Part shown: in pieces, positions 1-14,620 of the stretch
Numbering within the stretch: position 1 is the stretch's first letter
Layout: each line of letters begins with the position of its first letter
From: the human T2T-CHM13v2.0 reference genome, Homo sapiens
Length of the DNA: 64,000 nucleotides
Assembly (NCBI RefSeq): GCF_009914755.1
Contig: NC_060935.1
Reading direction: 5' to 3' (one strand)
The notes under the pieces: generated by a model
Databases searched by the model: none
What the model saw: only the letters and a program-made list of their open reading frames with translations
What the model was told of the DNA's origin: nothing
Position numbers and translations under genes: made by a program

Positions 1-2153
1 ACAAATGGCGTGGTGGTCCTCGCCCTAGCTAACCCATAGGATTGACTTGATTTGAAAACCCTGAAATGTTACTCGGTGGTGGGCTTCAGGCTCCCCCAGG
101 CAGGATCTTGCAGCTGTGGGCTATGCATATGCCTCTGTGGACAGGGACATCATCAGCTCTCTATCCAGCCCACTCCCCACATTCCCACCCCATGGCAAAG
201 CCTAAGCTTTGTGCCTTCTAGAGGGACCAGAGTCTCACTTAGGGAGAAACAAATCTTCCTCCTGGTGGAGAACAGGCAGCACTCTGGGTGTGTGCCTGGG
301 AGCCCCACCCACTCTGGCCGTCCTCCTATGTGAGGATAGGGAGCCAGGTCAGGCCACCCCCTCCACGTTGCTGCCTTTAAACTACTGTGCTTTGTGCTTT
401 CTGGTGTTTCAGTTTATCATCTCAGGATTTGGAATTGGGAAGAAGGACGCTCCTTCAGCTCAGATGTTTGCTTGTGCCCCAGACTCCAGAGACCCTCTCC
501 CCACCTCCTTTCCTCCCTTGCCCCCTTCCATGGGGACAAAGAGGGGCTCCCGCCTCAGGCCTTGGGGAGGGGCTTGAATGCCTTATGGAGGCTTCCATGG
601 AGAGTCAGTGGCAGAGGATGAAAAAGAGGAGCTGAAGAAGCAGAAAAAGGAAGAGAGGAGGAAAAGCCAGGAGATTACAAGGGATCAAGAAGAGGCTGTT
701 TAAGTACATGGCAGGGTACCCAGGAGCTGGGCTCCTGTGGTTGTGTGGGCTGGAGGCTGCATGGCAGTGGATGCTGAGAAGAAGCTGTGCTTTCGAGAAG
801 CTGAAAGAAGATGGTCTGTCCTCCCACAGGGGCCTCAGGGACCTCAGGCAATGCTGGGCTCTCAGAGGGTAGGGTGGGGGCATCCATGCCCTCATTTTGG
901 CCTAGGAGGCAACAGGTGTTTATCTGAAGTGCCTCTGCATGCGGTGGACATCAGACAAAGACAGTGTGTGTGTTTGTGCATGTGTAGATGCACGTCGGAG
1001 ACACGTTTCAGTGTGCAGACTGCATGCATTCACTTCTGTGTGTTTTCGAAAGTTCAGGCGTGCATGCCTGTCAAAGAGGCCCATGGGCAATCTGAAACCA
1101 TGACTGGATACCAGCCCAGGCTGCGACAGCCCAAAGGACAGCCCTCTCCCCACATCAGGGCTGCTCTGACCATGTCCCAGCTTAAGCATGGCAGTTGCCC
1201 AAGGCTATCACCTTGCTCTCTGCTGGGCTCAATTCATGACTGACTGGTGGCCAGGACCCAGTGGTTTACCAGGTGCTTTCACCCTTAGGCTCTCACATGG
1301 TCCTGGTAAAAACCATGTGGTACACAGTACAGTTCTCTTTACAGAGACAGGAACCAAAACTTAACATCTCAAAAAACTGCCTTTCGAAGTCAGATCCAGT
1401 ATTGTTTCCTTTGCCTGCAAATGTCATTAGGTACTGTTTCTTTATTTTTGGGCCATCTCCTCTTACATCTCTACCCTTTTAACCCCTAAGGGTCAAAAAT
1501 GTGCATAAAAGGCCAGAGTAGGGACCTTGCTTTCCCCATCCATGTTCTTTGTGGCTGGACTTAAATGGTTAGGGTGAAGGTGGGTCATAAGTCCAGAGTT
1601 TAGCTCCTGGGGGACCTTCTTCCAAGGCCTGGGGGCCTATAAATTCCAAATTCTAGACTTACAGGGATTTTAATGTTGGGAGCAGTTCTGTATAGGAGGG
1701 AAGAGGTGCTGCTATCAGGAACTCAGAGAGGATTTTTCGAATCTGTTGGGACTGTTTTCGAATCCCAGTTATGTGACGGAGGCCAATCAGTATTCTCTCT
1801 CTCTGCATCTCAGCTTTCTCATCTATAAAACGGGAATCTAATAAAAATAATAATAGCAAATACTTGTAGAATGCCAACAAGATGTAAGACTCTATTTTAA
1901 GTACTTAATAGCTATTAATTTAATCTTTACAACAATCTTGTGAGTCAGGAATATTATCACCATTGAACAGACAAGAAAACTGATTCTCAAAGTATTAAGT
2001 GACTTGCCCAACATCACAGTGCTCATACACGACGAATATGGTACTTGAGCCCAGCAGTCTGGCTACAACATCTGTGTTTAACCACTGCAATACTTCACAG
2101 CAGGGCTGGATAACTACCTGAACCTTGGGTGGTAAAAAAACAGCTTAACAACA

Positions 2154-2667
2154 TGTGGTGGTTTTAAAACCTGTCTGCAAACTCTTTGATACTCCTCCAT
2201 CAAAAGGCAAAATCTAGGTCTCCTCCCCTTGAAAGTCCTAGATAAACTGTGTGACAGACTTCAAGAATTAGGATGCAGTGAACAGAATGCTATGAAATTT
2301 CCAAGGGTGGCTTAGGAAAGGCCTTTGGCTTCTGCTGGTTTCTCTCAGGATACCTGCTTTGGGAGCCTTCTGCTGCTGCGTGAGATCCCTGGCTACCCTG
2401 GAGAGACATCAGACAACAAGTGAGATGCCCAAGAGCCCTAGCTGTCTTTGTCTTTGCAGCCCAAGCTCCAGACATGTACTGAAGAAGCTTTAAGGATAAA
2501 TTCAGTCCCAACTACTCCCTGGCTACAACTATGAGACAGACCCTCCCAAGTCAGAACTGCCTAGCCAAGCTCAGGCAACTCCAAGATTTAAGAGCAAAAT
2601 AAAAGATAGTTATTGCTTTAAGCTACTGTTTGGGTGGTTTGTTATGCAGTAGTAGATAGTCAGAACA
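2154..2667 (+). mobile_element. MaLR LTR (MLT1G/H-like)
   Basis: TGTGGTGGTTTTAAAA...TTTGATACTCCTCCATCAAAAGG start and TTTAAGCTACTGTTTGGGTGGTTTGTTATGCAGTAGTAGATAGTCAGAACA end. Confidence 0.75.
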
Positions 2668-5184
2668 TAACACTTACTTTACAATAGTTGTAAAGTAAGG
2701 AATGAGGAATCATTTCAATGAGGAATCACTGAAAATGTAGATGTCGAGCCCTTGGTAGTGACTGCCACCTCACTTTCCCTCATTCATCTGCACTCTCTGG
2801 GTATCCTCACAAATACCTCTTGTCTTAAAACAGAAGTGACTCATACACAAGTTCAATAGCCACCTCCACCAAACTCTGGAAACCAGTGTCGCGGATCGCA
2901 GCTTTCTCACTTATAACTGGTGATCTTCACAGCTCTTTAAAAAACAAAAACACTGCACATGATGCTACTGCGTGGAGGCACTGGCATGTATAGACAGGGA
3001 ATTATCAGCACCTTATGTCATTCCAGAAAAGCTCCTGGAACTTACACTGGGCATGCTCTGTTGCTGACCTCTCTCCCTTCCCTAAGTACACATTAGGTTC
3101 ACACTGTGCCAGCTTTTCCTTAGATGTGGTTTTGTGCGGGTAAAGACTTTAGCTTTATTTTATTCTTCCATGCATTTTGTGGATTACATCACTGAGACAG
3201 AGAATAATGCATATTACAGTATAATGAGGGAGCCACAGGCCTATCTGAGGGAAGAGAAGTGGAAAATGAAAGAATAAAGGGGAATGAAGAAAGGCTAAAG
3301 AAAAGAAAGAAAGGCATAGAGAGGAAGAAAAAATCGAAGGGGGGGGAGAGAGAGAGAGAGAGAAAAGATAAAAACGTGGAAGGCAAGTGAAAGGGAAATG
3401 GGAGAAAGGACAGGAAGGGGCTGGAGATGAAAGACAAAATGCAATGAGGAGAAAGTGGCCATTTCATTCTGACTGCTCTGCTCTCAGCTGAGTCCTGCAG
3501 CTGGAGAGCCTGGAGGCTGCAGTCCCCACATCTGCCCACTGCACTCGGTGCCAGGGCTGGCCTTGCACACATAGCTCTTGCCTGCAGCTCAACACCCTGA
3601 GCTCCTTAAATAGCTTTGAACCACACTGAGTGGTGGATAAACATTTGTTTCACAGCTCACAAAGCAGAGCTGCTGGCTACCAGCAGGTTTGATGTAATGA
3701 GTTCCATTCTGGACCCCGGGGAGCATTTAGAATGGGCTCTTCTTTGCCCAGGCTGCCAGTCAAGCTGGTACCAGGGGGAAAGAAAAAACACAACACTAAT
3801 CTCTTCCCCACCATCCCTGTCCAGATTTGGAGTCCCCAGAAACCAAAGTACTCCATTCTCAGGGGATGGGATTAAGGAGCAGGGTGCCCCAGGAACCCGA
3901 AATGCAAGTGCCAGAAAGGGTGGCTGGATAACCTCCTTTTTACGCATCCTCAGGAAATTACTTGGACTCATGAGCAGTCCAAAATCCACTCACTTCTCAG
4001 GAGCTGAGAATTGCAGACAGAGTCTCTGGTCTCATCCCCTCTCTGCTTGCTCCACACAGCCTTCCTTTGCAGCTGTGGAGCTCAATTCTTAAGAAAGGAG
4101 ATAGTAGAACAGCCTGGCATTGCTGCCCTTGGTTGGCAGCTGCCCTCCTTGACCACTGCTCTCTACCACCCAGATTGTGCCCAGAGCTTCCTGTTTACCT
4201 CTGTGCTCAGAGAGCCACAGTGCCCTGCGTTCTGACCCCCATTCCCATCACAGCAGGGGAGGGAGGGTGATGGGGAAGGGGCTGCTGATCCTCCTCTTTA
4301 TTCCCCGCTTCCCCCCAAACTCCCCACTCCAGGACAATATGACATGCCACCGGAAGGAGCTGAAGACCAGTTGATATGATGAATAAATGGTAATTATGTG
4401 GTTGGCCTTTCAGCACTTCCTCTGTGGATATTAATAGCCATTAATGCCCTGCTGTTTTGCACTGCACCAGAGTCTGCCAGACAGAGCACAGGGCAGGTCA
4501 CTGCCCCAGCCCTGTGCTCACCCCCCTACCAGCACTGCCTCATTTGCTTCAGAATTTCAGGAAGGAAATGAACTTGCAAAGACAGTGGGTAGAAAATTAA
4601 AAGGGGTGAAAACAAATCCAAGGGGGAAGTCATTTAGATTTCCAGGTAAATTGGTTGTTGAATTGGCTTCTTGGACTGTTATGATTGGGATCTCCTAGGG
4701 GTCATCTTGTCTCTTTCCAGATTCTAGGCAGGAGTCACCATGAAAACTTATATCCTTTTCCTTAGAGTTACTGGGGCTGAGAGAAATTAGCAGATGAGTA
4801 CAGAGGCAGACTTGAATTTCCCCATCAAAGCAAGTTGGGCAAGAGCAGAACTGACCAGGCTTAAATGGCAGAAGTGTAGACAAAAGTGGACAGCCTGAAT
4901 CCTACCATTCTTTGAGGCAGCAACATGGTGTACAGAAGGAGCATAGATAGGCCTTGAAATCAGACCCCGGGGTTAACCAGCTGGCCCTACCACCTGCTAG
5001 TTCTACACTCTGGACTACAGGAGATAACAAAAAGAGTGTAGCTACTGCATGAGAAGACTCAACTTTATCACTGTGTGATCTTGGGTAACTTGCATACCTT
5101 CTCTGGACCCTAATTTTCTCATCAGAAAAAAAATTTCCTAGAACAGGACTGTATATAATAAATAAATACTAGTCCTTGTTGAGT

Positions 5185-5392
5185 AGTGTGTTGGAGCTAC
5201 CTAGTACCAGCTCATGAGAGCCAATGTTATGCCTCCCTTCCCAAATTTGTGTTCAGTGACATCACGTTGGTAGCTTGAAATTGGCCATGGTAGGAATATT
5301 TACACCAGAGAAATTGGTAATGCTACAAATTAGGTGTATTCTCACCTCCACCCCCCTTAGGAGAACTGATTGTTCAACATATACCAGCAAAC
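5185..5392. mobile_element. MER63-like hAT-Blackjack relic
   Basis: AGTGTGTTGGAGCT...GTACCAGCTCATGAGAGCC...GGAATATTTACACCAGAGAAATTGGTAATGCTACAAAT. Confidence 0.55.
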
Positions 5393-8300
5393 GGCTGCTC
5401 CTGCCTGTTTCAGCTGTTTGGAATAGTGGGGTCTTAGAGCATGTCCTCGGGCTCCTGAAAGCCACAGGCCAGCCCTTTGGATGATCTATTTGCCTCCCAT
5501 ACACCTCAACAAACTGTTCACTTCTAACAGGGATTGTCAAAATCTCCTTGAGGCCCTATTAGAAAGCTGCAGTTCCTTGATCTATTCAGCACCAAGAGGC
5601 AATTGTCGAGGAAGTTGATTGTAGTTCAAATCCAGGTATCAATTCAAAATGTTTTTGCCTCAGACAACCGTGTGCGATCAATCAGTAATGTAATCCTCTG
5701 CTGGTAGAACACAAAAACAAAGCCCCACCTTGCCTTGTAAACACAACATCATTAGTCTTAGGATAAACTATAAATTGATGCATAGAGCAAACAGCCAGAG
5801 CTGCATCCCGGGGAATGGGAGCAGATGAAATAGCAGTACTTTATGGTGAATGACAAATCATTGCTTGTTCCGTTCCCTATCAAGTGGAACACCATCAATC
5901 ACATGGTGGACTCGTTGGGTTCCAAGACAGATAGGACACCATGAACAGATGCTATGGCTGAGACTGCTGGCCTGGGCAGCACTGTACTTTTTGCTTTTCC
6001 TGGAAGGGGAAGAAGAGAACAATCCACTTTCTGTATGGTCCTGTCCTTCATTCGAGTTTATAACGGTGAGTAAGTCAAGGAATTCCATCAATCATAATGT
6101 CCTTGAGAATGGGAACCTTCATCCTTTTCATGTTACACAAAGTCCTGTTTGAATGGCAAGGGAAAGAAATGGCAGGCTTCTAACCAAAGAAAGAAGGAGC
6201 AGAGGACAGATCAACTGCTTTTTTGATTTCAGAAAGTCATTAAAGTCCCATCTGTCCTCATATAGTGACTCTCAATCTCTGGGTCTGCCATAGTGCCTGT
6301 AATACCAACCCCTTGGGTCACTCTTTTATATTAAGGTATTATATTCAAAAGGAGCATATTACTATGTGCATATCAGCTCCAACACAATGGGGCATTATCT
6401 GAGCACGTAATAGGTGCTCAGTATCTATCTTCTAAATGGATAAATGAAAGGATGGATGCATGATAATACACAGTAGGTAGTTTGGATGGAAGGAAAAGAG
6501 GATCGGGAAAGGAGTGAGAGGTATGATTGTAAAATTAACATTAGAGTAGGTGACACTGCTTTCAGGGATAGGAGACTGGAATGGGTGATTTCTCCAAAAT
6601 GAAGAAAGGTGATACAAGAGGGGAAATAGGAAATCCTGAAGATAATACCCATCTCCTTTCTAGTGTTTCCTATGGCCAGTTGGTTTTTAAGCAAAGCATG
6701 TTGAGGGAATAAAAATCAAAGTCTGTCTCTATTCTAATGGGAACATGAGGCAAGGAGGAAAAAGGTGGCTGTGATTTGCTGTCGCTCATGCATAATCCCA
6801 CAGGCCCTATTTCTGGCCTTCTGCCATTCGTGGGGCCAGGGAACTGAGAAGCAATGGAATCTTTCTGACTGCTGATTTAATTAAGTGTGGCTAGTCTGTG
6901 ACAGAGGCTGACTCGGCACCAAGCCAAAGTCACAGGTGAGTTGGTCATGTCATTGATGGGTGAGTCCAGCCTCATGTTTGACCAAATCAACCAGTCATTT
7001 GGGATATCTGAAGACTTACGGATAGCAATTGATCCTGCTATGGTGCTGGAAGACACTGGTGATTTGGTTAAAACCCATCTCTCTCTCTATATGTATATAT
7101 AGTAAAGAACATACTGGCTAATTCAGGCAATCTGACAGTCTGGGGTAGCTACAACTTTAGTGATACCAAGTATTGGACATTATGTAGTGAAAACCATGTT
7201 TGACTTATATCTTTTTTCATTTCACCTAGTTGTTGTGGACATTGTGCTGACACACCTAAGGGTGGTTTGGAAACAGTTGGCATGTTTTCTTTATGTATTT
7301 TTCACCTCTGCCATCTGTAACTGAGAAAGGGTATCCTTCCTCCTGCCAGTTCTCCCCAGCTGAAGTCTACACAATCTTTACCCAGACATCAGAAACAGCT
7401 GTCTCAGGCAGAAGGCGCTTGACTCCAGGTGGGCGCTCAGCAGCAAGGGCAGGTGAGATAATGAGCAACAATAAAGTCCTTTTCAAGGAGGTGGGAGTCT
7501 GTTGGAGGGGTGAGTTGGTTAGCATATGCTGGCCCTTACTTGGCTCCTAGCATTTGTTCTTCTGTGAAGCTTGTTTCTCAGTGTGATATCAGATTTACTC
7601 CTCCTTCTCTTCCTCCTTTCCTGCCTTCTTTTTTCCCTTCATTTACTGTGCATGACACTGTGCTTGATACCACAGAAGACTCAAAGATGATGCAGCTATC
7701 ACCCCTACCCTCAAGGACCCAGCCACACTCTACCTAGGAAAAAGGCAAATCAAACGCAACCATGTTGCTAATAATAATAATAAATGAAGAAAAGATAAGA
7801 AGAGATTAAGCATTTGGAGTTCAGGGAAAAGGAAGTAGAAGTGTATTTGGGTTTCATAGAGGAGATAAATATTGTACACACATAGGCCTAAAAGGACAGG
7901 TGAGATTAGAATGGTTTCAGTGCATGGGGCCATCTAGAAAATTATTTGCAGGGGGAAAGGAGAGAATAAAGATGTAAATGCAAAAATAAATTAGAGTAGT
8001 GTAGTTAAAGAAGTCAAAAGTCCTGGAGAGAAAACACAGGTAGGTGGGTAATAAGAATAACACTTTTGCCCTGATGAAACAGTGGCAGAACAAAGAGGGT
8101 ATCAGATGCCAGGTTAAGAATGTTAGACACATTTTGGCCATCCATTGGGAACCATGGAAGATTTCTTAGCAGTTTATGATGCTTAAACATCTTTGGGAAG
8201 AATAATCTTGCATCTATGTGTAAGGTAGTTTGGAAGGGGGCAAGATAGACAGTAGAGATAAAAGTTAATAGATACGAGTCCAGAAGATGGCAATTAAAAG

Positions 8301-8419
8301 CTCGTGCTGAGGCAATCATGAGAAATCCATGAGGGGACAATGCTGGAGAGCAAGTCTGATTGGAATAAATAGGACATGGTTCTAATAACTACACACTAAG
8401 ATGAGGGGTGAAGAGTCAG

Positions 8420-8973
8420 AAGTCATTGCAGCTTTGTGCTTTAATATTTGGTTGAGCTGACTTTGGAGAAAGGATGCTGATGGTGTCAATCTCCCTTTGA
8501 TCCACCTCTGTCTGCAGCACAGCTGTAGTGGAGAGTCCCACAAGGCCTCAGACTCACCCAGCTCTTGACCTGCATCCCACCTTGCGGGCTTTCTGTGCTT
8601 CTTTCCACATTGTGCACTAGGACCCTCTTCAAAACCTAGGAGATTGCTTGGACTGACCACAGAATAGCTTGAGTGTAGGGGAGATAATGCCCTGGGAGAC
8701 TCCCAGCTAATGGAGAATGGGATCAATGCTGAACCTTCAGTCCTTCAGAAGAACAATTGAAAGCATCTGTCAACTTCTCAGGAGGTCCCAGTGGAATGGA
8801 GGCTCCATTGCCCACAGCACTGATCCTGATGATGTTTCTCACATCAGTGCTTCCTGCTCCTGACTAATTCTCCCTGCTCAATCACTGTTACATGCTGGGA
8901 TCACCTCCCATATGAACTACCTGCACTCATTTCTTGCCTCAAGTTTTGCTTTTGGGAGAACCCAGGACAGACA
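8420..8973 (+). mobile_element. ERVL LTR16-like relic inside an L2 tract (~7600-9720)
   Basis: 3' end GGGATCACCTCCCATATGAACTACCTGCACTC...TGCTTTTGGGAGAACCCAGGACAGACA. The flanks are purine-rich L2-like text. Confidence 0.55.
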
Positions 8974-10349
8974 TACAGGTGGAGCTCTTCCAAAAACAAA
9001 GGTAATTGAGTCCAGAACTCTAGAGAGATGCTGGGGTTTGAGATATTTATTTCTAAATCATCTACACGGACAAGGTAATTGAAATTAGGGAAGTAAATAC
9101 AATTGTCTAGGGGAAAGAATATGGAGAAAAAAGAGAGAAGGGAAGAAAATCAGACCTTGGAGAATTTTCCATCTGGTAGGTGGGAAGAGAACAAGCAACT
9201 AATGCAGTAGACGGAGAATAAGAAGGGCAGAGAGATGGTTGTGGTAAAAGTGAAGGGATCCTGAGAGTGACCATCTGAGATGAATGCTGCAGAGGCCCAA
9301 GGAGGATGTGGCATTTAGAAAGTCTTTGAAAACCTTGCAAGAGCGATTTTGTTGGTGACAGTGAAAGCCAGTTGCAAGTGTCAATGAGGTAAGGAAGTGG
9401 AGGCCCAGAGCATGGATTGGAGGTCCCTAAACCTGGCTCTTTGGGTGGCTTTAAAAAATACCAACATCTCACAATAGACCATCTGAAGTAGCATCTCCAG
9501 AGAGAAGGGCTTCTCTCTCAATTATATTGAGGGGAAAGAGAGGTAAAGTGATAGTCCGATAGCTTGAGGTATCAAGGCATGGAGAAGTATTAAGAGTAAA
9601 AGAGAAATAGAGAAGATGTATCCAAGGTGGAGAGAATTAGTCAGTGGGAAGGAAGATGTTAAAGATGCAAGATGGTGGGGAAAATGTCTGGAGAAGGACT
9701 CAGAGGAGAAGGGATCAAGAACATGACTTTCCTAAATTTAGTTTTAATAAAGAAGATTCATTCATTCACCCATTCAAGGGGCATGGGCTAGGTTCCTCTG
9801 TGGCAGGGCACTTTGCATAAAGAAAGGGCAAGTTATGGCCACTCCCCTCTAGGAGAGAAGGAGGTAGAAAGAATCACTAGAAAATTGTTAGATTTTAGGA
9901 TAGAAACATTTGTGGTATTTTGAATAGTGCCTCTGCCCACATACCTACTGAGAGACTCAGGAGAAGGTAAATTCCCAGGGCTTCAGTTTTCTTAGCTTTA
10001 ACCACCACTCTCCTGGGTTGCTACAATAATCACACAAGAACATTGTGCTAATGTGCCCAGCACAGTGATGAGCACATAGTAGGCCTTCCAGAGAGCTTAG
10101 TTTTCTTTATTTTGGAAGCAAAATACAATGACACTGCAGAGGAAGAAATGTTTTACTCTGCTCCAAGGGCTAAGTAAAGCTTTCCAGAAAAGCTATTACT
10201 CAAACTAACTTGGAGCTGAGAGGGGAAAAGAAAGGCCATCTGAAAATTTGGGAATCATTGGAGCAAAGAGCAGGGCAACTGGGGAAGGTAAATCAGATGG
10301 CTCTTGTCTTCCAATAAACAGAAAGCAAGGTTGTCATTTAAGGGTACGT

Positions 10350-10713
10350 AGTATGGGCTACATTGCATCCCTCCCCTGCCAAATTTATATGTTGAAGTCC
10401 TAACCCCCAGTACTTCAGAATGTGACTGTATTTGGAGACAGAGCCTTTAACAAGGAAATTGACGTAAAATAGGGCATATGAGTGAGTGAGCTTTAATCTA
10501 ATAGGACTCCCTATAAGAAGAGGACATTAGGACACAGACATGCATTAGGAGAAGGCAGCCATCTGTTAGACAAAGAGAGAGCCCTTGGAAGAAACGAGCT
10601 CTGCCAACACCTTGATCTTGGACTTCTAGCCTCTAGAACTGTGAGGAAGTAAATTTCTGTTGCTTAAGGCACTCAGTCTAGTATTTGTTACAGCAGCCCT
10701 AGCCAACTCACAC
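10350..10713 (+). mobile_element. MaLR solo LTR (MLT1A/B-like)
   Basis: AAATTTATATGTTGAAGTCCTAACCCCCAGTACTTCAGAATGTGACTGTATTTGGAGA...CTTGATCTTGGACTTCTAGCCTCTAGAACTGTGAG...TTTGTTACAGCAGCCCTAG. Confidence 0.85.
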
Positions 10714-13459
10714 AGTAAGGGTGTGGGATAGCAGCAGATTGGAGAGACTGAGGAAAATGAGGATGGTTTGGAAGAACTCTGATGGGGAGGTCAGTTAAAG
10801 CTAAGGAAATGGTTCCCGAAGAGATGGTAGCCCAGCTCACCTTATGGATTGTGGGTGGGCCCATGACTTTTTTTCTCCTGCAGTGTTTGCTAGGGCAGCA
10901 GGTTGAACCTGGGCTGTGTTTGGGTTCTGGCACCAAGGGACTCATTGGTCAGGAGAGTGGGAACTTCCAGACTGGCTGAGGGCAGGTGAAATGACTGGCC
11001 AGGGGCACAGTCTCAGGGAGACAAATGAGGCCAGAAAGGACATGCTCCTCTCCTTAATCTGGGAGATTAAGGAGAGTTCTGGAATGGGAGAATAACTGGA
11101 TGATTAAATGTGAGGGAGTGGGAGTTTGGAAAGTTCAGAGACTGTATCACAGAAGGGTAGTGGGCTTGGAGGTATGCTCATGGTTTAAAAATAATGGACA
11201 GAACTTTGTCATAACATGTGAGGACGGAATAGAATGGTACAGTGTCAGATTTCCCCATGGAGAGTTAGGGTAATGGTATTCTCCAGCTTCCAGGCATCTG
11301 TGTTTTAACAGCAATGTACTTCAACATCGTGGCTTGAAGCCCCTTGTTGTTGGGTGGATATCTGAGGCCTTGGACCCTTAATATCTTCCTAAAATTATTA
11401 TGCTCTAGTGGGGCTAGAATCTATGTCTTTTAACTTCCAATTTAGGACCCTTGACAACACTGTTCCCATTAGTAAGGCCATGGTGGTCAGGGCACTGGCA
11501 TCCTTCCTCCACAGAGAGATCACGTTTAAGAGCCATTTTCTCACACCCTCTCCAAAGCCCATGAATTCACAGAACTCGTGACCAGGTACAGGCAGGTGAG
11601 ACTATGAACCACATGATAGAGCTGCTTCTTAGACTCTCATACTCTATAGCCCAGACCTGACTATAGCCCTGAAATCATCCCTAAGAGCTTGGAGAGGAAT
11701 GGAAGGAAATGGGAATTAAATATCTTGGGAATGTCTTCAACCCAGGCCATTTTCTGTCAAATCTCTGCCTTAAATGATTTTCTACATTTTTGTTAAAGAT
11801 ATTCAGATTCCAGTTACTCTTGCAATAAGCAATCATGCCCCAAGCCTAGGAAAGAGCCTGGCACCAAGCAGGCACTCATTAAATGTTTGCTGAGCTATTA
11901 TTAAATGCTCAAGTCTTACTACCTGGAAGTTCTTCCTTATATCCTGCCACCAACGTATTTCTTATAGTGTGGTTAGCTGATGGTTTCCGTATTCTCTAGC
12001 AACAGTTCTTAGCTTACTTGTCAAAACACACTGGTTTGCCTCATCTGTTTTGAGGTACACTGCAAGTAATTTGTTACCAATAATAAAACATCACATCTGA
12101 GAAGGTGATTTTGTAAATAGAGAAAATTCGAAAGAGTGCTTATTGTAACGTCTCTCTTGCTTTACTTGCATTTCAGTTTGCTTTCTTGAGTGGGAGGGTG
12201 GTGGTAGAGTCACAGCTGGATAACAGGGGATTGTGTATCACCTCTGTTAAGGCAGTGGGTGTGTTCGGAATATGTCACTTTCACCCGAGTGTCCTGACTA
12301 AGGAGAGAAACAGCTATGAGACTCACCGTTGGAACATTCGCTCCTCCACATGGAATAGATGGCTACATCTTTAGCTTTCTCCTTGCCAGGATAAACATTC
12401 ACAGATCTGCCCAGTGGCTGGACATTCAGCACATTCCTGAAGAGTATTTTAATTGGCTGAGTGGGTCTCTGAGGACCTGCCCCCATTAGCAGGAGAGTGA
12501 TTCCTGAGTGTTGCCCAAACATAGCAAATGCAGCTGTGTCCTAACAACACAGTCCTGGGGACCTCTGGAACCACATCTCCCTCCACAGCCTTGGCTATTT
12601 CAAAGAGATCATTAACAAGGTAGAATTGGATGCCCAGAAGGTCACTGCACAATATACATTGCTACTGTCTTTTAATGGACTTTCTCCAGACATGGCGATT
12701 CTTAAACTGCAGCTTCGGCAGCTGCTAAGGACAGGGAGAGCCATGCTGTCTGCAACCAGAGCCACCCTGCCAGTCCTGTTGAAGCAGATCTGAGCTTGGG
12801 CAGATGGATCAGGCTTGGAGAGGGGAGGAGGGGAAGTGGGTTTAAGGGGAGGGGGCATCAACAGAGAAGCTAGGCAGCCCTCAGAGGACTTTGTTATTGA
12901 TTTAGCGTGAGGACTGAAAGTGGCAGGCAGGCAGGTGGCAGGGGCGGGCAGGAGGGGAAGACAGGTGTAGGCAATTGTGGGCAGTGATTAGCTGGGGTGG
13001 TGCAGATGTGGCTGGGGGTGTCAGCTGGTGGTGATTAGCATGGGTGCTTCTGAGAAGTGTTGCATCAGATGGTGGTTTCAGAGTCCAGATGTGAAAAGCC
13101 AGTGGTCCCTGCCTTCCCCTGCTTCCATACCCCTTTATACTCTCCCTACTCTCCCGAGCACGCACTTGCACTTTCACCTTCCCTGCCACAACCACCCCTT
13201 TCTGGGCATTCCTCTCTAGGTGAAGGGCATGGACATCAGATTGTTCTCCCCTCAGTCTTCAGTTTTTCAGCTAAGTTCTGACATGACGACACAGACTGAA
13301 CACCCTCAGACACCAGGCAAGACGAAATCTACATAATAGGTCAGTGAAGTCATGCTTATTCCCATGAGAAATGCACCTGGTGACAGAGGACTTTTATACC
13401 CCAGTGTCTATTTTGCCTGTCCCCCTTTTTATAACCTGCCTAAAATTTTTATTAATATT

Positions 13460-13985
13460 AATATTTGTATGTGATTACAGTATATACAAAAAGTAAATAC
13501 GCCAGCATAACTCCCACCCACATCAAGAAATAGAAAATTCCCAGCACTCCGTTGGACCCCATTCCAGCCACTAACTTCTACCTTTGTCTCCAAAAGTGAT
13601 CACTTGACTTCAGTCACCATAGATTCATTTTGACTGTTTTGGAACTTTATATAAATGGATGCATACACAGTACATTATGTTGTATCTACCTCTTTTTGCT
13701 TAATAATATGTTTGTAAGCAACCGTTTGTTCTTTTTCATTGCTGCATATTATCCTACTTCTAAGTAAATCGCAATTATCACTTCCAGTGTTGAGAAACAT
13801 TTGGGCTGTTTCTGGATTGGGGTTATATGAATAATGCTGTTCTAATCACTTTAACGGGTTGTTTAGTGGTTATACACATGTATTTCTATATAGTTAACAG
13901 TGAAATTGCCAGAATCATAGGGCATGGGTATATTTAGCTTTAGTAGAAACAATTTGATAGAAAGCATTTTGCAAAATGATAGTGC
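13460..13985 (-). mobile_element. Ancient L1ME-type 3' fragment
   Basis: GAACTTTATATAAATGGA...GTTCTTTTTCATTGCTGCATATTATCC...ACATTTGGGCTGTTTC...ATGAATAATGCTG, typical of an antisense L1M 3' end. Confidence 0.75.
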
Positions 13986-14580
13986 CATGTCTCTACTCTG
14001 ATATCTCAGGACTAGCTTGCCCTCAGCCAGAGGCCCAGGAGCTGGTAGGAAACTAGCCACCATCAACAGCTGCCTGTCTCGGGCATTCTGTAGGACCCAC
14101 TGTAGGACTTTTGCTCACCCATTTCAGCATTTGGTTCCTTATATTCATCCTCTCCTAAGTCTTGGCGCTTACAGACTCTCACACCCTATAACCATTTCAG
14201 GTGCTCCTTGCACTGATGACCCCTTTAGCTACGGCTTCTGTGACTTACTGACCAGTTTATCTGCTCAATTAAGCTCCCAACTACACTCCTACCCCATTCC
14301 ACAAAGTTGGATCAGATGCATTCCGGTTTGGGCTCCACAGAGCTGATTCAGGCCAGTGCTAGTTTCTAGTCTCTCTGTTAGAGAGTGCAGGATGATCGGA
14401 GGTGGAGCTTGTCACACCGAGAAGAGAAGCAAGTGAACTGTAAGACAGGCAAATCAATGAAATTGGCATTTTTCTTTATTAATGGGCCCAATTTGTCCTG
14501 GGTTAATGGCTATTTACAAAGTTTCAAGATGCCTAGCCCTTTGAGTTTTACGGCATCTTGACCATACTTTCTTGATATAG

Positions 14581-14620
14581 TGTGTGTGCGTGCGTGCGTG
14601 CGTGCGTGTGTGTGTGTGTG
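14581..14620. repeat. (TG)n with five internal GCGT units
   Basis: TGTGTGTGCGTGCGTGCGTGCGTGCGTGTGTGTGTGTGTG. Confidence 0.9.

Noticed and set aside
5585-5605. TTCAGCACC as a REST/RE1 site
   Set aside because: Only the left half-site is present; no correctly spaced GGACAG half follows.
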